Shown here piece after piece: positions 14,685-24,200 of a stretch of 64,000 nt of DNA (positions within the stretch are counted from its first letter, which is position 1; every line of letters starts with the position of its first letter). Source of the stretch: the human T2T-CHM13v2.0 reference genome, Homo sapiens. The notes beneath the pieces were generated by a model, which had not been told where the DNA came from, did no database searches, and saw nothing but the letters and a program-made list of their open reading frames with translations. The translations under genes and the position numbers were made by a program. The DNA is taken from NCBI RefSeq assembly GCF_009914755.1, contig NC_060937.1; one strand, written 5' to 3'.

Positions 14685-17600
14685 CTTTCACGATGGTGGC
14701 CTCCTTCAAGTGGTGGGACAAGAAGTCAATGCTGGCGTAGGTGTTGGCAGGGGGCAGGGCACCGGGACCCGGCCCCCCGCACCCGCCGCCGGTGCTGCCG
14801 ACGCCCACAGCGCTGATGAGACCCCCGAGGCTTCGGGTCCGGCCCCAGGAGCTCTTGTCTCCCGGCTGAGGAAGCGGCGGCGGCGGCGGCTGCGGCTGGG
14901 GTGGCAGCCCGGGCTCCTCCCTCACGTCGATGGCGATGTAGTTGAGACCATTCTGGAAGCCGGCAGAGGTCTCTCTGCGCATGGGCGATCCACCGCTCCC
15001 AGGACAACCGACCAAGCCCCCGGGCTGACCCGGGGTCCACGGCCGGCCCTGCGGTGCCAAAGGGGGCGCCGGCTGCAACTGTCGTGGGGAGGTGGGCGGC
15101 TCGTCGCCCCCTCCAGGGCCGACACCCACGCCGCCCTCGCTGCTTTTCCTGAGAGAGACATTTTCCACGGAGGCCGAGTTGTGGCGCTTGGGGTTGTGGG
15201 CGAAGGACGGGGACACGGGGGTGACCGTCGTGGTGGAGGAGAAGGTCTCGGAACTGTGGCGGCGGCGGCCCCCCTGCGGGTCTGCGCGGATGACCTTGGC
15301 GCCGCGGTGGGGGTCCGGGGGCTGGCTGGCCTGCAGGAAGGCCTCGACTCCCGACACCTGCTCCATGAGGCTCAGCCTCTTCACGCCCGACGTCGGGCTG
15401 GCCACGCGGGCAGCTTCTGGCTTCGGGGGGGCCGCGATAGGTTGCGGCGGGGTGGCGGCCACACCAAAAGCCATCTCGGTGTAGTCACCATTGTCCCCGG
15501 TGTCCGAGGACAACGATGAGGCGGCGCCCGGGCCCTGGGCGGTGGCAACGGCCGAGGCGGGGGGCAGGCGGTACAGCTCCCCCGGGGCCGGCGGCGGTGG
15601 CGGCGGCTGCAGAGACGACGACGGGGACGCGGACGGACGCGGGGGCAACGGCGGATACGGGGAGGAGGCCTCGGGGGACAGGAGGCCGTCCAAGGAGCCC
15701 ACGGGGTGGCCGCTCGGGGCGCCCGGCTTAGGAGACTTGGGGGAGCTGAAGTCGAGGTTCATGTAGTCGGAGAGCGGAGACCGCTGCCGGCTGTCGCTGC
15801 TGGTGCCCGGGGTGCCTGAGCCCAGCGACGAGGCCGGGCTGCTGGCGGACAAGAGCGAGGAGGACGAGGCCGCCGACGCCAGCAGGGGAGGCGCGGGCGG
15901 CGACAGGCGGGCCCCGGGCTCGCCAAAGTCGATGTTGATGTACTCGCCGGGGCTCTTGGGCTCCGGTGGCAGTGGGTACTCGTGCATGCTGGGCAGGCTG
16001 GGCAGCCCCTCCAGGGACAGGCGCGTGGGCCTCACCGCCCGGCCGCGCTGGCCCAAGAAGCCCTCCGGGCGGCCGCCGCTAGGCCGCACGGGCGAAGGCA
16101 CTACAGGGTGAGGGGGCTGCGTGGGGCCGGCCCCGAAGGCGCTGGCCGCCTGGCTGGGCCCTGGCGTGGCCTGAGGCTCCAGACGCTCCTCCTCCAGGAT
16201 GCGCCCCACGGGGGAGCTCATGAGCACGTACTGGTCGCTGTCCCCGCCACAGGTGTAGGGGGCCTTGTAGGAGCGGGGCAAGGAGCTGTAGCAGCAGCCG
16301 GGAACGCCCCTGAGCGGCTCCCCGCCGGGGTGCAGGGCTGCGGAGAAGAAGTCGGGCGGGGTGCCCGTGGTGACCGCGTCGCTGGGGGACACGTTGAGGT
16401 AGTCCCCGTTGGGCAGCAGCTTGCCATCTGCATGCTCCATGGACAGCTTGGAACCGCACCACATGCGCATGTACCCACTGTCCTCGGGGGAGCTCTCGGC
16501 GGGCGAGCTGGCCTTGTAGCCGCCCCCGCTCGCCGGGAATGTCCTGCCCGCCGCAGAGGTGGGTGCTGGCCCCGCAGGCCCCGCAGAAGGCACGGCGGCG
16601 GCGGCGGCGGCGGCGGCCCTGGGCTGCAAGATCTGCTTGGGGGCGGACACGCTGGCGGGGCTCATGGGCATGTAGTCGTCGCTCCTGCAGCTGCCGCTCC
16701 CACTGCCCGCGAGGGCCGCGCCGGGCGTCATGGGCATGTAGCCGTCGTCTGCCCCCAGGTTGCTGCTGGAGCTCCTGTGGGAGCCGATCTCGATGTCTCC
16801 GTAGTCCTCTGGGTAGGGGTGGTAGGCCACCTTGGGAGAGGACGCGGGGCAGGACGGGCAGAGGCGGCCCGCGCTGCCCGAGAAGGTGGCCCGCATCAGG
16901 GTGTATTCATCCAGCGAGGCAGAGGAGGGCTGGGGCACCGGCCGCTGCCGGGCTGGCGTGGTCAGGGAGTAGGTCCTCTTGCGCAGCCCTCGGTCCAGGT
17001 CCTGGGCCGCGTCCCCCGAGACCCGGCGGTAGGAGCGGCCACAGTGGCTCAGGGGCCTGTCCATGGTCATGTACCCGTAGAACTCACCGCCGCCGCCGCC
17101 GTCTCGGGCCGGGGGCGTCTCCGCGATGGACTCGGGCGTGTTGCTTCGGTGGCTGCAGAAGGCGCGCAGGTCGCCTGGGCTGGAGCCGTACTCGTCCAGG
17201 GACATGAAGCCGGGGTCGCTGGGGGAGCCCGAGGCGGAGGCGCTGCCGCTGGAGGGCCGCTGGCCGGGGCCGTGGTGCAGCGGATGCGGCAGAGGCGGGT
17301 GCGGGCCGGGCGGCGGCGGGTAGGAGCCCGAGCCGTGGCCGCTGCTGGACGACAGGGAGCCGGGGCTGGTGGCGGCGGGCGGCGAGTGCGCCACGGGCAT
17401 GGACATGGAGCGGCTGTGTTGCAGCGCGCCCCCTGCCGGCAGCAGCGCCACCTTGCTCCCGCGGCCGCCGCAGCCGCCGCTCAGGGTGTGCGAGCGGCTC
17501 AGGGGCGCGCGCACCGGCCCGGGGCTCAGGGGGCTCCCAGCCACCGACACCGGCCTGGCGCCCGCGGCCGCCGCTCCCGCCGCCGCGCCGCCGTCGCCCT

Positions 17601-18696
17601 CGCTGGCGGTGCGCACCCGGCACGAGCTGCACTTGGCCGCCGGCGGGGTGGCGGCCAGGCTGTCGGTGCGCGAGCGGCGCACCAGGCCCGTCTGGCTGGG
17701 GGGCAGGTTGACCAGGTGGTGGTGGCGGCGCGCGCCGGGGACGCTGATGGGGTGCGTGGCCGACGACCCCGACGATTGGCTCTTACTGCGCGGCCGGAAC
17801 TCGAAGAGCTCCTTGAGCGCCTTCATGGCCTCCAGGATGGTCTCGTGGATGTTCTGCGCCACCACCGAGTCGTCCGCCTGCATCCACAGCTCGCCGGGGC
17901 CTGTGACGGCCGAGCGGCCCACCTCGATGAAGAAGAAGCTGTCCGAGTGGCCGCAGCGGCGGATGTTCATGAGCTGCAGCGTCACCGACGGCTGCTCGCA
18001 GTTGAGCTTCACGAAGCCGATGGTGCGCGCAGACAGGCACAGACGGTACACCCCCGTCAGGTTCTTGCTCTGGCCCAGACCCTTGGGCTTCAGGTTCACC
18101 TGCCACACCTCACGGTAGGCGGCCGTGGCGGGAGCCACCAGCCCGTAGCTGTCCTCGGCCCCGGCGGCGCCGGCAGAGCCGCCCAGGGCGCCGGGCAGGG
18201 AGGCGCTGCAGGACGCGGCGGGCGCGGCGGCGGGGGGCGCGTCTCCGGCGGCCGCGCGGCCCTCGCTGACCAGGTCGGTGAGCGCGCGGTACCAGCCCTC
18301 CTGCTCCTGCTCGTTCTCGGCGGCCACGGCGAAGTACTCGTCCTTGGTGTAGAGGGCGATCAGGTACTTGTGCTTGGCGTCGGCGCGCTTGTTGATGTTC
18401 AGGCAGCAGTCGAGAGCGATCACCCGTTTCGGCGCGCCTGCCTTGCTCCGCCACTTTTTCTCGCTCTCGTAGTACTCGAGCCGCGGCGGTTGCGGCGCCG
18501 ACCCCCCGCCCGCCGTCGCCTCGTCGCCGCCCGCGCCGGGTCCGCGCAGCACGAAGAAGCGCTTGTGGCCATGCTTCTGCTTGCGCAGGTAGCCGCACTT
18601 GCGCACGCTGTGGTTGTTGTTGTTGTTGTTGTTGTTGAGGTTGGGGCCGTCTCCGCTCGCCGGCCCGGGCGGCCCGTGCCGCGGCGGGCTCGCCAT
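14685..18696 (-). CDS. IRS2: Insulin receptor substrate 2, coding part of exon 1 (1337 codons plus 1 nt)
   Basis: The protein starts MASPPRHGPPGPASGDGPNLNNNNNNNNHSVRKCGYLRKQK. It has a PH domain, an IRS-type PTB domain (VWQVNLKPKGLGQ...IRRCGHSDSFFFIEVGRS), YxxM PI3K motifs (YMTM, YTLM, YMPM x2, YMRM, YVLM, YTEM), YINI, and the C-terminal SHP2 motifs YIAI and YASI. The ATG is in strong Kozak context (gcgATGg). The exon ends ...ATIVK + G at the donor site. Confidence 0.99.
16594..16617 (-). repeat. (GCC)8 encoding poly-Ala in IRS2
   Basis: ggc x8 on the + strand; protein PRAAAAAAAAVP. Confidence 0.95.
18613..18636 (-). repeat. (AAC)8 encoding poly-Asn just before the PH domain
   Basis: gtt x8 on the + strand; protein NLNNNNNNNNHS. 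Confidence 0.95.
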
Positions 18697-19246
18697 CGCG
18701 GGCGCTTCAGGCCGCGCGGCCCGGGCCCGGCGCCCAGGGGTTGGGGCGAGGGGCGGAGGGGGCGCGGGCGGGGGCGGCTCCCTCCCACCCTTGCGCCCGG
18801 CCGCCCGCCCGATCACGCGTCCCTCGGGCCCAGGCGGTGGGGAAGGTCCGGGGAGGCCCGCGGGGGCCAGCACCGCTCGGCGGCGCCGCGCCCTCCGCGC
18901 TCTGGGGCTCCTGAGGATGCCCGGCGCGGGCGGTGGCCGCCCCCCTCCCCGGCTGCCTGCGGCCGCTGCCTCCTCGGGCTCTCGGGCGGCGCCGGGGGAC
19001 GCGCTCGCTGGGCCGGGAGTCGGGGTCCCCGAGCCGCGGGGCCGAGCCTAAGGCGCGCGCGGCCGCACCGGGGCTGCTGCCGCCGCGTCGCGCTCCGGGA
19101 AGCCGGGGTGCGCCCGGGCGCTCGGGGTCCGCGCCGCCGCCGGGGCTGCTGCTGCTGCTGGTGTTGCTGCTGCTGCTGCCAACGGCGACCCGGGCTCGTC
19201 GCGGTCCCCGCCGCACAGTGAGTAACACATCGCGCACCGAGTGACT
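18697..19246 (-). other. IRS2: IRS2 5'UTR (TSS approximate, about 19220-19250)
   Basis: GC-rich leader between the ATG and the promoter motif cluster. Initiator-like TCAGTC (A at 19246) and TTACTC (A at 19223) on the minus strand. Confidence 0.7.
19146..19178 (-). repeat. Interrupted CAG repeat in the 5'UTR: (CAG)4 CAA CAC (CAG)5
   Basis: The + strand reads (ctg)5 gtg ttg (ctg)4. Confidence 0.95.
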
Positions 19247-19259
19247 GAACTAAGAAGAG

Positions 19260-19273
19260 CAAAACAACATGTG
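19260..19273 (-). promoter_or_regulatory. Insulin response element TGTTTTG (FOXO site, 19260-19266) next to an E-box CACATG (19268-19273)
   Basis: The + strand reads caaaacaacatgtg, about 570 nt upstream of the ATG. This matches the known IRS2 promoter module regulated by FOXO, SREBP and TFE3. Confidence 0.85.
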
Positions 19274-19302
19274 ACTCGGCGTTACGCAGGCACACACAGC
19301 GC

Positions 19303-19500
19303 GGCCGCCCCGCCCCGCTGCCTCGCATTGGCGCCGCGCCCCCCGACGGACGGCGCGCTCGGCCAATCGGCGCGGCGCTCGCGGGGGCGGGCCGCGCGCC
19401 CCCGCCCCGCCCCCCTTTCTCCCCGGGCCGCGTTTCCCGCCGTCCCCTCCCCCTCCCGCGAAGGCCCCGGCCCGGCCGGGCGGGGTGGGGCGGCCCCGGC
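19303..19500. promoter_or_regulatory. Proximal promoter: two oppositely oriented CCAAT boxes (attgg ~19327-19331, ccaat 19363-19367) and multiple Sp/KLF GC boxes; no TATA box
   Basis: Motifs read directly: ccgccccgcccc, ggggcggg, ccccgccccgcccc. Confidence 0.7.
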
Positions 19501-20217
19501 CTCATTAATCAGCGGCTTGTTGTGGATGCCGGCGGAGGAGATGCCACCCAGGGCGGGAAAAGGGGCGCGGAAGAGGGGCGGGGCGGGCCACGGCGCGCAG
19601 GGCCCTTCCCTCCCGCCTCGGACTCAATTAATTGGGCTTGAGCTTCCGCCGGGGAGGGGGCGCCGGGCGGGGCCGCGGCTGGGCGGGGCGGGGGATCGGG
19701 ATCGGCGGCGGGGGCTGCGGCCTTGCAGTGGAAGCATGGGCGGCGAGCCGGGCCGTGCTCTCGGGGCGCGGGGTCCCCATTTTGGGCGAGGGCGGCCGCT
19801 CCCGCGCTCGGGGTGGGCGCGCCCCATCCCCGTCCCCCGTTTCCCGTCCCCGTCTCCCGGCCGCATCTCCGTCCCCCCGCAGCCGCGAAGCGCGGGGAGG
19901 TTCCAGGGCCCGCGGCCGCGGGTTCGCGAGCACCGCGCTCCAGATCGAGAGCGGCGCGCGCCCTTCCGTGGAGGACAGAGGGGCGCGGAGGGGGCGCCTG
20001 TGTCCCACCCGCTCGCGGGCGCTTTACGGGGCGTCCTCTGCGCCATTCACTTGTCAGCTTGTCGGGAAGTTGAAATCGCGTTTGGGAGGTAATAGGAGAA
20101 AGAGATCGGGGACGGCAGGCGGAGAAAGTGCGGTTTCCATAGCGCCGGGGAGAGGGCGGACCCGCGAGCCAGCGGTCCCTGAGCCGGGAGACCGCGCGGG
20201 CGTCTCTCCAGCCCCCG

Positions 20218-20418
20218 CAGGAGCGCCGCCTTCCTTCCGCAGGGGCGTCCTCTCCCCCCACCGCTGCAGGAGCACCCCCTTCCTTCCTCGGAAGCGTCCT
20301 CTCACCACACCGCTTCAAGAGCCCCCCCTTCCTTCCACAGGGGCGTCCTTTCCCCCTCCGAGGCAGGAGCGCCCCTTTTCCCCCCACAGGAGCGCCCTCC
20401 CCACCCCAGGAGCGCCCT
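20218..20418. repeat. Degenerate GC-rich minisatellite: about three 49-bp dimeric units, then ~21-bp monomers
   Basis: Unit starts caggagc/caagagc at 20218, 20267, 20316 and 20364, then at 20387 and 20407. Confidence 0.8.
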
Positions 20419-21163
20419 GCGCCCAGCAGACGGGCAGGTGGGCGGGCGTCCACTACCTGTGTGCGCGGTGCGGGCGGTGACTGCCAAGTTGGAGATGCCC
20501 TTGGAGAACTGCTTCGAATTCATGTATCTACTGGGCTTTTGTGACTTTCAAAGCCTATAGCAAATAAGCACCCCTGCAATTACATCTCCTCAATGACCAA
20601 GTCAGGGTGAGGTGAGGGCTTCCTGAGTTCAGATCCCAGCAAGCTCCCGATCCTGCGCAACGAAGAAAACTCAACAAAACAGGCTTTGGCTGTTTATTTT
20701 ATTTTTTTTTTAATTGTGCCTTCATGAAATAATTTACAGCAATAATTTATCTTATAATATTGGTTATTGTTTTTAAGTCCCGGATGTTTACTTTTGGATG
20801 TCCTCTATAATTCATAGAAGTATCTTAAAAGTAATAAAATCTTAATCTAAGAGAAAATAAGTGTAATTTTTGAAAGAGTGATATATATTTTAATATGTTT
20901 TTGTAACATGTGACTTGAAGATTGTGTTGGCTAATTTTATGTGCCAAGAGAGCCCTGACTAGTACAAAGATTATAGCGTTTTTATTTTTAGCATGTATAC
21001 AGTTAGGATTATTGATCAGTAGCCTGAATTTGGGAAGAATAATCATTGTGGCAAATATCACCCAGTGTGCCTCAAAAAGGTGTGTTTAAAGTTGATCTTC
21101 CATTTTTAAATCATACCTTAAAAAAAAATACCTCAAGAAATGCCATTTTAAGTCTGTGCACCT

Positions 21164-21246
21164 ATGTGTGCATGTGTGCGTGTTTGTTTATATAATAGAT
21201 TGTGTGATTGTGTGTGTATAGGTATGTGTGTATGATTGTGTGTGTT
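21164..21246. repeat. Degenerate (TG)n-rich tract
   Basis: Interrupted tgtg runs, with gattgtgtg repeated. Confidence 0.7.
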
Positions 21247-24200
21247 GGGGGCGCCACCTTTATGAACATTATGCTTCGGCGTTCTTTTTAGATCTTGTTA
21301 CCTTTTCTTACGTTCACAAATGTTGCCTAGCAATATGTCTAGTCAGGAAAGATGAAGGGATTCTTATCTTGGTGCTTGAAGAAAATGTGGTGTAGTTTTA
21401 TTGGCTTTGTGATCACTTACATCCCACTTTTATGAGGATGTAAATGGGCCACCTCTATGTTCCTGTATGTTGCCAGCCATCAGTAGACAATGCTAAAGGA
21501 ACCACCACTTTTAAACATCATGTGATGGTTTCTTCTGAGAAAGTATATTTTGCAATCTTTTTCTTTTTCATGTTGACTTTTATTATGCAGTTGCATTTTC
21601 ATATCCGTATTGAACATTTACTTGCTGTGCCTGTCACACGCTAGCAGGTGTCATCTTTTCCTGTTTGCTTGTTTCTTGGGGCCATCCTAGTGTTAAAGGC
21701 CAGTGTTTTTAAGGTGTCAGCAGCTCTGGATTGGCAGTTAGCACTTTCCCCATGTACTGCCTCAGTTACCAGACTGGGGACAAAAGAGAGAAGGTTAAAG
21801 AATTATCACCTATGTCCGTGGTATTCTGTCATAGAGAGTATAAATTTCCTACAGCAAACTGGAAATTAATTGCAATTCTGCAGTTAGAACCTCCAAATAC
21901 AAATGTGGATGATACAATTTCAATTCTCATTGAGAGTCAGCCCATGAAACAAACCAACAGTAAGAAACTCTGTAATTAGAAGTATCCCAGTCCTCTTCCT
22001 CAACCGAGGAACTTGTTTTCTTTCCCCCTTTCTATTGCCAGATAAGCTATTTATTTATTTAAAGCTTGTTCTACACCTTGTGATTTTCCAACTGTTCTTC
22101 CATACTTTTTCAACAAAAGTCAGCTAATAACATCTGCCAACATGCTCTGCACGCAGGACTGGCTGGGGCTGGCATGGCCTCTTGCCAGCAAACAGCCTGG
22201 TTGAAATTTTTTCTCATGGTCCAAGATCTTTCCTTGGAAGCTTTCTTTCCTTTCACAGCTAATAAAATGGCCATATCTTTCAGCAGGGAGTTTTTTCTGT
22301 TTGTTTGTTTTTTCTATTTTTAACAGAATCATATACAATAATGATTATTTTATTAGAAGTCTTCTGAAATAATTACTTTTCAAGAAAGAATCAATTATAT
22401 AAAAGTGTAGAGATTTAAAAATATGTTACAGGTTCACAATACAAATACTAGTAGCACTACCAATAATGAACATCACTAATTATTTTCTTTGTTTCATATA
22501 GGAAAGGCAAGTATGGGAGGAGAAAGGTGAATAGCATTTTATTGCTTGTGAAATTTTCTTTCTTTTTTTAGTTCTTTGCCCTGTAGGTGTTTGACAGTAT
22601 TTTGTATTTAGGTGAGCTCAATCTAAAAACTAAGCAGATTAAGTGGAATGCTATATAACTAGTTAGAATAGCTTTAATTTAAAAGGTATTTTAAGAGGGA
22701 AAGATTTTTAACTTCACAGGTTTCTGTCAAAGGATATATTTAATCTTTAAAATGAGTGGCACCATTTCATTATATTTCATTTTATTAGATAATGTTGTTC
22801 AGTAGCTCATTTGAGAAATTCCATTCCTCTGATGAACGAACTGTGGACAGACTTTTCCTCATCTAGGGTTTATAAGGAAACTTCTTGCACTTTACCAGCA
22901 AATTTATTTGCTAATGTTTCAACTGAAATTTCACAAGAGTTTTGTAACATGCTAACTCTGTGTATGGGCAACAGAATGACTTACATGAGAGAATATAACT
23001 GCTGTTTGGATCATTTGCTATGTATGGCATTGCAAACATTTAAAGTATCAGGATTTGTTAATGGAATTGATCAGCCCCTTGGAAATTATAAAGGCTTTCT
23101 ACTTGTGTGTTTATTATTCTTGTTAAAAATATGGATCAGTCTCTTTCCTAAATGTTCATTTTATGAGGGAGGATTTTCTAAAATAAATGATTATTTAATG
23201 TGCATATATGATAGAACAAACTACTATAACTTTTTTAAAGTCTTATCAATTGAATTAATACTGTTTAGAAAAATATGTTGTATTTACAAATGCAGCTAAT
23301 CCAGTATTCTCAACATTTTTTCATTATAAATATAATTATGTTGAAGAAATACATAAATGCCCAATTAAAAAGTGACTGCGGTTAGGAGTTGAAAATATTT
23401 ATTAATATGCCTCTGGATTTTGTTCTGTTTGAATTTTGAGAATGTGTTTCTAGATTTAAGAAGCAACACAAGCTTTTTTTCCCAGAAGGCTTCCTATTAT
23501 TGAAATGGAAATTATACATTAATGACTGTATAACACTAGTAGATATTTTTAAAATGCAAGAGCATCTTCTTAGATCATTACTTTTCCTTGGAATGCTTGG
23601 CCCCTGTAATATAATACACCGGTATTTTGCATGATGAAATTGATGTCCTGTGTGTTGCTTCATGTTGCTATCCTAGCTGCCGATTAAAACGTTTTTTTTT
23701 TTTCATGCCAGAGCAGAACAAAATTGTCTGCTTCTCAATCTGCACATCATAAGCAGATGACATTAAAAATGTCTGTAAGATGACACAGCTATATTTTCTG
23801 GGAGAGGGCGGGAGGATGCTCAGCGAGGGTGGCCCGGAGTGTCCTTGTACAGAGTACAGATGTTATGAAGTGGGGAAGACCAGCCTGTGTTCATTGATTC
23901 ACCTATTGATTCCAGGAGCAAGCTCACCCTGTTTCATACACTGCTCAGGAGGTAAACAGGAGGAAGGGAGCCAGCCTGGCTTTTTTGCCACATGCTCTGC
24001 TGTTTGGTAGAACTGTATTATAGTCAGAAACCTTCCGCTTTTCTGCAGTTGTTTGCATGCTGTTTCCAAGGCTAGCCCTCTGAGTCTGTTTTCTAGAGTT
24101 GTTTTGAAATTCAACCTAAAGATAACAGAGGAAATGTGACCCTCTCTTGTGAATGCTGCCACCAACTGGCAATGTTTCTTCCCAAGGCAGATTCAGGGTT

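Larger units (their letters stand above)
14200..20480. promoter_or_regulatory. IRS2: CpG island spanning the IRS2 promoter, 5'UTR and all of exon 1
   Basis: Very high GC content and abundant CpG, with an abrupt change to AT-rich, CpG-depleted DNA on both sides. Confidence 0.95.

Noticed and set aside
18697-18873. Track ORF start at 18873 (1413 aa) as the true IRS2 start, and its end at 14632
   Set aside because: 18873 is a GTG; the canonical start is ATG 18696, and the CDS is spliced at 14685. Both extensions are kept only as hypotheses under findings.
15982-19221. 1079-aa + strand ORF (and the 365-aa ORF 14422..15519) as a novel antisense protein
   Set aside because: Both are codon-for-codon in register with IRS2. 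A stop in that frame needs sense TTA, CTA or TCA codons, which a GC3-rich gene avoids. The products are low-complexity with no recognisable domain.
19241-20523. Many overlapping 100-300 aa ORFs in the promoter
   Set aside because: These reflect stop-codon scarcity in CpG-island DNA; the products are Arg/Gly/Pro-rich with no domains.
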